DNA from: a virus
Strand: one strand, 5' to 3'
Virus record (IMG/VR): IMGVR_UViG_3300031472_000015
Location: 80,574 to 106,826 of that record
DNA length: 26,253 nucleotides
The notes under the pieces are model-generated. The model did no database searches and had not been told where the DNA came from. It was given only the letters and a program-made list of their open reading frames with translations. Below, piece after piece: positions 1 to 7,658 of the stretch. Positions within the stretch are counted from its first letter, which is position 1, and the number at the start of each line of letters is the position of its first letter. The translations under genes and the position numbers were made by a program.

Positions 1-221
1 TTGCCGCTCCGCCCCGGGCCGATCACGAACCAGACTTTTGGACGCCCGGCCAATTCAGGGGCGACGAGCGCGGCCAGACCATCGGCCTTCCGCCCCGCAA
101 AGGACGGGGTGGGCGACGGCAGGCCCACGGCGATCTCGTCTTCATCATCGGTGACGCGCGGGCCGAATAGCTGGACGACGGACGGTGCTGACGCGGGCGT
201 GGACGTGGGCTTGGCTGCCAT
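1..221 (-). CDS. P-loop NTPase, partial (runs off the window); StbB/MobD/TraL-like leading-region protein
   Basis: Not in the ORF track because it has no stop in the window. Translated by hand from ATG at 221, with RBS CAGGAG just upstream: MAAKPTSTPASAPSVVQLFGPRVTDDEDEIAVGLPSPTPSFAGRKADGLAALVAPELAGRPKVWFVIGPGRSG(K). It ends in a hydrophobic strand plus a Walker A start, and lies immediately downstream of 237..674. Confidence 0.75.
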   Translation of the reverse strand, partial: MAAKPTSTPASAPSVVQLFGPRVTDDEDEIAVGLPSPTPSFAGRKADGLAALVAPELAGRPKVWFVIGPGRSG

Positions 222-236
222 GGCGTTCTCCTGTTG

Positions 237-674
237 TTAATCCCGTCGCAGCTTCGAGATGCCGAAGCTGGGAGTTGCAGGGGCTTCATCTGCCCCTTCC
301 GTAGCGTCGAAAGCGGGGACCAGGCGGCCGAGCTGGACCGGAGCTGGGATCAGCGGCGCTGGGCGCGGAGGCGCTTCGATTGCAGGAGCAGGTTGAGGGG
401 ACGGCTTCACCCCTTGCCGAGCTTTGCCGCCAAGGTCCTTCTTGACCCGCGCCCAAGTGTTCTGCGCGCCCCGCAGCGTCGGCGGCTTGCCGTCGCCGTC
501 CAGGATGCCGAGTTCATTGAAGCCGGCAACCAGCACGGACCAGTCTGGCCGCTTGCTCTCAAAGGCACGGATCATCGCGTCGTAATGGTCGCGCATGGCG
601 ATGTAGAGCGGGCTGTGCCGGTCCGCGACGGCCTGGATCAGCAGCCCCTCCAGCGATAGCTTCTTACCCGCCAT
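237..674 (-). CDS. Small oriT-proximal protein, probably DNA-binding (StbA/MobC/TraK slot)
   Basis: 145-aa ORF with an RBS-like AGGATAGGG, a compact N-terminal domain (HSPLY...RPDW...GKPPT...TWARVKKD) and a Pro-rich tail. It is the first gene divergent from the relaxase across the oriT. The function is inferred from position. Confidence 0.6.
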   Translation of the reverse strand: MAGKKLSLEGLLIQAVADRHSPLYIAMRDHYDAMIRAFESKRPDWSVLVAGFNELGILDGDGKPPTLRGAQNTWARVKKDLGGKARQGVKPSPQPAPAIEAPPRPAPLIPAPVQLGRLVPAFDATEGADEAPATPSFGISKLRRD

Positions 675-768
675 CCCTATCCTGTCTCCGCGTCGTGCGT
701 GGCAATCTGCTCACGCAGCCCATAGCCGTGTCAACGAACGACGCACAACCATCTTCACACCTATCTGC

Positions 769-810
769 ACATATTGAGTCATATGTCTCACATAGGGACA
801 ACATATGTCT
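769..810. repeat. Four helically phased CATA repeats, including two copies of CATATGTCT; candidate protein-binding site
   Basis: CATA starts at 770, 780, 791 and 802 (10-11 bp period). CATATGTCT is exact at 780-788 and 802-810. The patch is AT-rich and lies between the leading-region gene and the nic-like site. Confidence 0.6.
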
Positions 811-824
811 TTCACAGGAAGAAG

Positions 825-857
825 GGAGATACACACCATTGCACCCTCAGCGGGTGC
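825..857 (-). promoter_or_regulatory. oriT: Putative MOBF oriT core (inverted repeat plus nic site)
   Basis: The minus strand reads GCACCC-GCTGA-GGGTGC-AATGGTGTGTATC: a perfect 6-bp hairpin (841-846/852-857) followed by a TGC...GGTGT motif. This resembles MOBF nic regions (R388 GCACC-GAAA-GGTGC-GTATTGTCT/AT; F TGCGTGGGGTGT/GG). It sits upstream of a MOBF relaxase. Confidence 0.7.
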
Positions 858-921
858 CAGTCCTTGCGGCAGTGGGGTAGGGTGCGCTACGCCTTGCAGG
901 CAACCCTGCGAGGCCGACGCC

Positions 922-1257
922 ATGCCAGCCCCCACACTTGAAGCCATCGCCGCCGCGCAGGACCGCATTGAGCAGCGCCAGGCGGCCTATGAAATCGTTG
1001 CCCACCGCATCCTGGGGTGCCTCGAAGTCCACAACGAGAAGCTGGACGCGCTGCTTGCCGCCGCCAAGCCGCCGACCGGTCCCAGCCCGGTGCAGGAGCT
1101 GCTGGCCGGCATCTTGGCCGCCATGCAACAGCAGGCGGCGGCGCTGGAGGCCCTGCCGGACGGCATCGTGCAGGCTCTGCGCGAGGACGCCGCGGCCGAC
1201 CTGACCGACGAGGACATGGACATCGAGGGCGCAGGCGCGTGGGGCCAGAAAGGGTAG
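922..1257 (+). CDS. Small acidic helical protein, probable relaxosome accessory factor
   Basis: ATG at 922 with GAGG upstream is preferred over the ORF-track start at 805, which runs through the oriT. 111 aa with GC-rich codon usage; it ends 10 nt before the relaxase start. Confidence 0.65.
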   Translation: MPAPTLEAIAAAQDRIEQRQAAYEIVAHRILGCLEVHNEKLDALLAAAKPPTGPSPVQELLAGILAAMQQQAAALEALPDGIVQALREDAAADLTDEDMDIEGAGAWGQKG

Positions 1258-1267
1258 AGCCGGGGTA

Positions 1268-4200
1268 GTGCTGACATTCAGCAAGGGGGTTGGACGCGCT
1301 CCCAGCGCCGCAAGGGCGATGGCCGAGTACCTCGCGGAAAGCACGGTCCCCGACGAGGCGATGGCGCTGGCCGACTACTACGTTCGCGGCATTGAGCGGG
1401 TGGAGGCCGAGGGGACGGCGGCGATCCCCCGAGCTGACATGGCGCCCGCGGTCGCCGCAGCATTGGGCTTGGACATGGGCCGGACAGCCAAGGTGTCCGA
1501 GGTGGCAAACCTGCTGCAAGGGCTGCGCGCGGACGGCGAGGCCATCGAGGGCCGACAGTCCTACAAGGTGGGGGCCGGGCAGGATCGGGTCAGCTACATC
1601 GACCTGACATTCTCCGCCCCCAAGTCGGTCAGCGTGGCGATGGCGTTGGCCCCGACAGAGGCCGAGCGACACATCATCGTCGGCGCGCACCGCGATGCCT
1701 GGATGGCCGGCATGGCGCACCTTGAGACGATCATCGCGCACGCCCGCAAAGGAGCGGCCGGCAGCAAGGGTAGCGTGCCGGGCAAGCTGGGATGGGTCAG
1801 CTTCGACCACTACACCGCCCGCCCCACGATCCAGGTCCCGCATACAGAGGACGACGGCACCAAAACGACGCTGATCCAGAGCGTGCGCAACCCGGCGGTG
1901 CCGGCGGACATGCAGCTCCACACGCACGTCACTGTCCCCAACGTCGTCTTTGCCGATGACGGCACGGTGGGCAGCATCGACACGTTGGCGATGCACGACC
2001 GGGTCCACGAGGTCGGCGCCTACTACCAGGCCCACCTGGCAACCAACTTGCGGGCGCAGGGCATCGACGTGGTGCTGGACGACCGGACGGAAGCGGCCCG
2101 GATGCCGGCAGTCCCGGAGGCTATTTCCGACCTGTTCAGCAAGCGGAGCCACGACGGCGAGGCGGCGGCGCGGGAGTTCGTGCAATCGCTTGGACGGGAT
2201 TGGGACTCGCTGCACCCGCGTGAGTTGGTCGGAATAATGCGCTACGGCACCCGGAGCGCGCGGCAGGGCAAGGAGACAGCGGCGGCGCCGGCCGAGGGAT
2301 CGAACGTCGCCGGCTGGCGGGCGCAGGCGGCGGCGGCGGGCTACACGCACCGGAGCGTCATCGACCCGGAAGCGAAGGCCCGGCTGCCGGCGACCGAGCA
2401 GGACCGGCTGCGGCGAGGCTACACGGCAGCACTGCCGCTGCTGGCGCGGCAGTTCGAGCGGCGGGCGACCATGTATGCCAGCGTCGCCCGGACGTCGGCA
2501 GCGCGCGGCTTGATCGCGTCCGGCGTGGAGTCTGCCGCCGACATCGACCGGATCACGGCGGCTATGCGCGAGCATGGGGTGCAGCACGACGGCAGCACCG
2601 TCCCCTTGATGTGGGCCAGCATGCCCAGCGAGGGCGAAGGGGAAGGCCGGCGCCCGAAGGTCAAGATCACCACCACCCTGCATGTCGCTCAGGAGCGGGA
2701 GGCGATGGCGCTGGCGGAAACCGCGGCGGCTGACCGCAGCGGGGCGCTATCTCCTGGACAGATCGACCGCGCAGTACGGGACGTGTCCGAGCGCGATGGC
2801 CTGGACTTTACCGGTGCCCATGGGCTTGAGCAGCGGCGGGTGCTGGAAACGCTTGGCACGTCGGGGCGGCTGGCGGTCGCGGTCGGCGTGGCCGGGTCGG
2901 GAAAGTCCACGCTGCTGCGTCCGCTGGTTGCGGCATGGTCGGCACCTCCCGAACGGGAGGGCGACGAGCGCGCGATCTACGGGACGGCGTTGGCGACCCG
3001 GCAGGCCAACCAGCTTGCCGACGCCGGCATAGACCCCCGCAACACCCTGCCCATCGCCGGGCTGCTCGCACGGGCGCACAGCGGCGACCTGGTGCTGAAT
3101 GAGCGCAGCGTTATCGTGGTGGACGAGCTGGGGCAGGTGGGCACCGCCCAGGCCCTCGCCTTGCTGCGGCTACGGGCGGAACACGGCTTTTCCATCGTCG
3201 CCATCGGTGATGACCGGCAGGGCCAGGCGATTGATGCCGGCAATTCCATCGGCTTGATGCGAAAGGCGCTGGGGGCCAAGGCGGTGCCCGAACTTGAAGG
3301 ATCGGTGCGCCAGGCGCGGGAACGCGACCGCGAAACGTCCGCGATGTTCCGGCAAGGGGACGCGGCAGGCGGCATCGGGCGGCTGCAAGAGGATGGCCAT
3401 GCGGTGCTGATCCAGGGTGGGCATCGGCGGGCCGTCGAGGCAGTGGCGGACCTATGGCAGGCGCGGCACGCCGCCAACGCCGACCGTGCCGGCTACACGC
3501 TGACGGCCAGCGCGCCGACAAACGCCGACGCCCGGTCGATCGGCGCCGCCATCCGCGAGCGGCGGCGGGCAGCGGGGCAGGTAGGGCCTGATCAGGTGAC
3601 GCTGCAAGCGACCGACCAGAACGGGCAGCACTACGTCCTGCCGCTGGCGGAGGGCGACCGGGTGCGCCTGTTCGCTACCACCCGGGCCAACTTCGGCGGG
3701 CGCGGCGGCGTGATGGGAAACAACGGGTCAGTCGTGGAGGTGGAGCGCATCAAGGATGCCGGCGTCCAGCTCCGCACCTCGGCAGGCAAGTCCGGCTTCG
3801 TCGCCTGGGACACCTTGCGCGACCCTGCCAGCGGGCGGGTCAAGCTGACCTATGGCGACGTGCTGTCCATCGACGCCATCCAGGGGGCGACCAGCACGGA
3901 GCATATCAACGCCCTGCCCAGCGGCTCCCAGGCGGTGACGGGGTTCAAGGCATACGTCGCGCAGTCCCGGTCCCGCGAAACGACCTGGCTTGTGATCGCG
4001 GACGGGATGGAACGCGGGGAGATACTGGCCCGGCGTGCGCTGGGAGCTGACCAGGCCATCACGGAAGCTGAGGTGTGGGCCAACGTGGCGCGCAACCTGT
4101 CCCGCCAGCCCGAGAAGGGGCTTGCGACCGACCTGCTGGCGGATGCGGAGCGGACCTACACCGGCACCGTCCGGTCCCTGGCGACAGCCTTCCAGCCGCA

Positions 4201-5560
4201 CCAGCAGCGCCAGGCTGCGGGCGGGCCGGGGCCGGACCTGCGCTCCGCCTTCACCAGGCAGTGGGCTGAGCGCGACGTTGCCGCGGCGGCCGACACGGTA
4301 GGACGGGCCGCGGCGCAGGCTGCGGAGGCAACCCGGCTTTTGCCCGGTCCCAAGGCGCGGGAGGCCCGCAAGGCAGTCCAGGCCGCAAGGCGGTCCATGC
4401 GCGCGCCATCGCAGCGCCCGAAGCGCCAGAGGGCGCAGCAGCCGATGACCAGCACCCAGGCGCAAGCCGAGTTTGCGGACGCGCTGCACAGGGCGGGGCT
4501 GCGGCCCAAGGGGGCGCCCGTGATGGACGGCCAACGGCACCGGGTTCCGGTTGAGGGCGACAAGCGCGGGCGCATGTCCGGCAGCTACGTGGGCCACCTG
4601 GACGGCTTGCCCGCCGGCTCTATCCAGAACTTCAAGACCGGCGAGACAACCACTTGGCGGGCGTCGCGGGCCTATCAGGCGAGGTCGCCCGAGGATCAGG
4701 CCCGAGAGCGCGCACGCATCGCGGCCGACCAGGCGGCGCGGGAAGCATCCCGGCGGCAGGGAGAGGTGGCGGCGTCCAGCAAGGCGCAGGCGATGTGGGC
4801 GAAGGCCCGCCCGGCAGCAGCCTCGCATCCTTACCTTACGCGCAAGGACGTGGCGCCCCACGGTTTGCGGCAGGACCGGCGGGGAAGCTTGCTGGTGCCC
4901 ATGCGGGACGTTGAGGGCCAACTATGGGGCGTGCAGACGATCACGCCGGACGGGGGCAAGCTGTATATGGCGGGCGGCAAGAAGCAGGGCACGCACGCCC
5001 TGTTAGGCGAGCTGCGGCCGGGCCAGCCCTTGGTGATAGCAGAAGGCTTTGCGACCGCGGCGACGATGCGGGAAGTGACCGGCCTGGCAGTCGCCGTCGC
5101 GTTCGACAGCGGCAACTTGGTGGAAGTGGCCCGAGCCTACCGCGCGCGCGACCCGGTCCTGCCTATCGCGATCGCAGCCGACAACGACCATCACCTGCCG
5201 CGCAGGGAGGTGCCGTTGCCCAACGTGGGGGAGGTCAAGGCCGCCGCGGCGGCGCAGGAGGTCGGCGGAGTGGTTCTGCAGCCTGCGTTCGCGCCCACCG
5301 ACGTCGGGACGGATTGGAACGACTACGCGGCGCAGCACGGCAAGGCCGCGGCGCGGCAACTGGTGCAGGTCGAGCTAAGCAAGCATGGGTTCGAGTTGCC
5401 GGCCACGGTGGCGAAGCAGGCCACGACCGCGCCCGCCGTCACGCAGGCCATGCGCGACGCAGCGCGGCAACGGGCCGGGCAGGCGGCGCAAACCCCGGAT
5501 CAAGCAGCCCGAGAAGCTGCCCGCCGCGCCCAGCAGCGTCCGGTAGGGCCGAGGCTATGA
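1268..5560 (+). CDS. MOBF (TrwC/TraI-type) relaxase-SF1 helicase fused to a C-terminal TraC-like TOPRIM primase
   Basis: Relaxase motifs: Y21, DYY(36-38), DLTFSAPKSVS, FDHYTARP, HUH motif DMQLHTH, FSKR. Helicase motifs: GVAGSGKST, VVDELGQV, IGDDRQ, QGAT, YVAQSRSR. Primase motifs from about aa 1060: DGQRHRVPVEGD, HPYLTRK, LLVPMRD, IAEGFATA, VAFDSGNL, IAADND, TDWND. Confidence 0.95.
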   Translation: MLTFSKGVGRAPSAARAMAEYLAESTVPDEAMALADYYVRGIERVEAEGTAAIPRADMAPAVAAALGLDMGRTAKVSEVANLLQGLRADGEAIEGRQSYKVGAGQDRVSYIDLTFSAPKSVSVAMALAPTEAERHIIVGAHRDAWMAGMAHLETIIAHARKGAAGSKGSVPGKLGWVSFDHYTARPTIQVPHTEDDGTKTTLIQSVRNPAVPADMQLHTHVTVPNVVFADDGTVGSIDTLAMHDRVHEVGAYYQAHLATNLRAQGIDVVLDDRTEAARMPAVPEAISDLFSKRSHDGEAAAREFVQSLGRDWDSLHPRELVGIMRYGTRSARQGKETAAAPAEGSNVAGWRAQAAAAGYTHRSVIDPEAKARLPATEQDRLRRGYTAALPLLARQFERRATMYASVARTSAARGLIASGVESAADIDRITAAMREHGVQHDGSTVPLMWASMPSEGEGEGRRPKVKITTTLHVAQEREAMALAETAAADRSGALSPGQIDRAVRDVSERDGLDFTGAHGLEQRRVLETLGTSGRLAVAVGVAGSGKSTLLRPLVAAWSAPPEREGDERAIYGTALATRQANQLADAGIDPRNTLPIAGLLARAHSGDLVLNERSVIVVDELGQVGTAQALALLRLRAEHGFSIVAIGDDRQGQAIDAGNSIGLMRKALGAKAVPELEGSVRQARERDRETSAMFRQGDAAGGIGRLQEDGHAVLIQGGHRRAVEAVADLWQARHAANADRAGYTLTASAPTNADARSIGAAIRERRRAAGQVGPDQVTLQATDQNGQHYVLPLAEGDRVRLFATTRANFGGRGGVMGNNGSVVEVERIKDAGVQLRTSAGKSGFVAWDTLRDPASGRVKLTYGDVLSIDAIQGATSTEHINALPSGSQAVTGFKAYVAQSRSRETTWLVIADGMERGEILARRALGADQAITEAEVWANVARNLSRQPEKGLATDLLADAERTYTGTVRSLATAFQPHQQRQAAGGPGPDLRSAFTRQWAERDVAAAADTVGRAAAQAAEATRLLPGPKAREARKAVQAARRSMRAPSQRPKRQRAQQPMTSTQAQAEFADALHRAGLRPKGAPVMDGQRHRVPVEGDKRGRMSGSYVGHLDGLPAGSIQNFKTGETTTWRASRAYQARSPEDQARERARIAADQAAREASRRQGEVAASSKAQAMWAKARPAAASHPYLTRKDVAPHGLRQDRRGSLLVPMRDVEGQLWGVQTITPDGGKLYMAGGKKQGTHALLGELRPGQPLVIAEGFATAATMREVTGLAVAVAFDSGNLVEVARAYRARDPVLPIAIAADNDHHLPRREVPLPNVGEVKAAAAAQEVGGVVLQPAFAPTDVGTDWNDYAAQHGKAAARQLVQVELSKHGFELPATVAKQATTAPAVTQAMRDAARQRAGQAAQTPDQAAREAARRAQQRPVGPRL

Positions 5561-5945
5561 AGCGGGCATACTCCACTGGATCGGTAGGCTGCATACGCAC
5601 GCAAAGGTTTTAGGCGCCATCCAACAAAAGATCGGCAGACTGACCTGAGATGGCTTCTAGAACTTATTCCAGTAGAAGCATATTGAAAGACCGGTTTAGT
5701 TGGCACAGATTAGAGTAGACTTAATTTGTAGTGTTCAACTTGTTTGATATAGTCTTGTATCCGACCTTAATAAGCATTGCATCAACATCAACAGTGTTCT
5801 CATATACCGCAACAGATTTCTCCACACCTGCTATCACTAACATTGGCTGATGGGTCAGTATGACAGAGCGATTGGCCCAGGATTGACCCAGGGTATCCGG
5901 GATAGTAAGACACCTCAGCATCATATTAAGACCTGGAGGACCGGC

Positions 5946-6266
5946 TTGGCTCAGCTCGACTTCAAGAACCTGCTCAATCTGGATGCGGCGTTCACACCAA
6001 GGAATGAGGCTGATTGGAACTTTTTGCGAGCCGCTTCGCAAAACCTATTCAAGCCTAGAACACCAATTGAAGATGACAAGCTTTTTCAAGGTCGTCTAAA
6101 GCAAGTGAGCGATGTCCTAGATGTTATCTATGAAGATGGAGGCCATGCCGTCATTTTCGGAGAGCGTGGTGTGGGAAAAACCTCTCTGACTAATATCCTT
6201 GAGAAGAAAGTCATACCCCTAATAACTACCTATTTTTATCATGTGTGTGGGGCGAGTAGGAGGTGA
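5946..6266 (+). pseudogene. Truncated AAA+/STAND-like ATPase (N-terminus and Walker A only)
   Basis: GGAGGA at 5935-5940 is followed by TTG at 5946. The protein contains F-K-P-x-x-P-I...LFQGRLKQV...HAVIFGERGVGKTSL, typical of the start of ORC/CDC6-like AAA+ ATPases. It stops about 28 codons after Walker A with no Walker B. The DNA is AT-richer than the flanks. Confidence 0.65.
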
Positions 6267-6420
6267 GATGATCGGCATTCACCCGAAGCGATTGACCATC
6301 TTTCTTAGTATCGATACGAAAGAATAGGATTGCAGGCATGACATTCCTCCCAAAACGCCCTGGAACAGGCAGTCGGCATCCTATCCAACTCTGAATTAGA
6401 ACCCAACCAGGCGTCAGTCA

Positions 6421-6873
6421 TCATGACGCAGCTTCTTCCAACGCTGGCACTTTATTATCACTGGTGTCCATAGTGTCCACCTCCACCTGTGCGCCATCAC
6501 CGCAACTGTCAGCAGCGTGCGTCACCGGCCAACAGACCTTGCGATCATCTTCCGCCGCAGGTGACGGTGCGCGCCGCGTGCAATAGCCACTGGCAGCCCA
6601 CCACTCGACTGGCAACCCCTTGCGATAGTCCGGCCTGACCGGCTGCCCGTCCGGCTGGTGCCAGTGGATGCAGGACAAGCAGGCGACCACGCCCGGTCCC
6701 GTTCCGTCCCCGATGGCCGCGCCGTCACCGCATCGGTCGCCAGGCCGCACCTTGGGCCAGTGCACCAACTCGAACTCGTCCTGCCCGGGTGATGGCGCGT
6801 GCCGCCGGCACATGCCCCCAGGCGGGTAATAAACACAGAGGCGACACGACGGCGCGAGGGTCGGCTTATCCAT
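6421..6873 (-). CDS. Cys-rich protein with a tandemly duplicated Cys4 metal-binding-like module
   Basis: Two copies of CxxC...C(R/T)RxAPSP...WPxx...DxCGDGA. The ATG at 6873 overlaps the upstream stop (TGATG). Confidence 0.75.
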   Translation of the reverse strand: MDKPTLAPSCRLCVYYPPGGMCRRHAPSPGQDEFELVHWPKVRPGDRCGDGAAIGDGTGPGVVACLSCIHWHQPDGQPVRPDYRKGLPVEWWAASGYCTRRAPSPAAEDDRKVCWPVTHAADSCGDGAQVEVDTMDTSDNKVPALEEAAS

Positions 6874-7097
6874 CACAACGTGGACCGCGACGGCCGCGCT
6901 GCCTCCGATTGACGACGGGATGCGTCGGCAGCGGACGACGGGGTTGCGGTGGCCCGCGCCCGCGAGGCGTCGCGTTGCGCCTGGGTTATGGTGCTGGACG
7001 CTGGCGAGACAGGGGCCGCTGGACCTTGGGCCGGCGCAGGAGCCGGCGCGGGGGTCACAGGAGCATCCCGGCGGGGAGCGGTGGGGCGATCCGACAT
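6873..7097 (-). CDS. 74-aa Pro/Ala/Arg-rich protein homologous to the relaxase-primase C-terminal tail
   Basis: ATG at 7097 with RBS AGGGGA. The stop is coupled to the next gene. It contains TQAQRDASRARA, matching the relaxase TQAMRDAARQRA. Confidence 0.65.
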   Translation of the reverse strand: MSDRPTAPRRDAPVTPAPAPAPAQGPAAPVSPASSTITQAQRDASRARATATPSSAADASRRQSEAARPSRSTL

Positions 7098-7111
7098 GCT
7101 GGTTTCCCCTC

Positions 7112-7384
7112 TTACTGCCGCGAGCACTGCGGCGAGTTGGTCATACCAAGCGCCATGACGCTGCCGCCGTTGATCGTGCAGGCGAAGGTCCCGCGTGGGG
7201 TGTTGGCCGTGTAATAGGTGTTGGTCGCGCCGTCATAACGCCGACCCGAGATGGTGACGGCGGAGATCGGTTGGTTGAGCGCCATGGCGGTGTTCTCCCT
7301 GATCCTGTCGTCCGACAGCAGCTTATCCGCGCAGCCGCCGAGGGCCAGCGACGCGGCGAGGAAGGCGAGGGTTGTCCGGTTCAT
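7112..7384 (-). CDS. Small lipoprotein (90 aa), candidate exclusion protein
   Basis: ATG at 7384 with GGAG RBS. Signal peptide MNRTTLAFLAASLALGG-C has a lipobox, and there are two further Cys in the mature part. Confidence 0.8.
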   Translation of the reverse strand: MNRTTLAFLAASLALGGCADKLLSDDRIRENTAMALNQPISAVTISGRRYDGATNTYYTANTPRGTFACTINGGSVMALGMTNSPQCSRQ

Positions 7385-7422
7385 GGTGTGTTGCTCCGAA
7401 AGGGTGAGGACGTGTCTGATTG

Positions 7423-7632
7423 TCAGCCTGTGCGGGCAGTGCCGTCCCAGGGGTCGGCTGCAACGGGGCATACGTTTGCGGCCAGGCGCGTCGCGTCGGC
7501 GTGACTGCTTCTTCGCAGCATGTCGCGAGCTGCCGGGGTCGCCGTAACTGCAAGCCCGAAGCGGCGAGCAACGGCCAGAAAATCCCCAATCTTCGCGAGC
7601 TGCTCAACAGCCCATTCCTCATTTGTGTCCAT
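7423..7632 (-). CDS. Hypothetical protein (69 aa)
   Basis: ATG at 7632 with strong RBS GGGAGG; sequence MDTNEEWAVEQLAKIGDFLAVARRFG...; fills the gap directly downstream of virD4. Confidence 0.55.
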   Translation of the reverse strand: MDTNEEWAVEQLAKIGDFLAVARRFGLAVTATPAARDMLRRSSHADATRLAANVCPVAADPWDGTARTG

Positions 7633-7658
7633 CAGACTGCCTCCCAAAAAGTTGCCAG

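Noticed and set aside
887-2683. 598-aa minus-strand ORF, and similar long antisense ORFs at 3728..4921, 12611..13795, 16122..17216 and 18515..20152
   Set aside because: They are antisense shadows of well-supported genes in high-GC DNA, with no recognisable motifs.
5721-6041. 106-aa minus-strand ORF as an intact gene
   Set aside because: Its 5' part overlaps the better-supported ATPase remnant and it has no motifs. It is treated only as possible decayed sequence.
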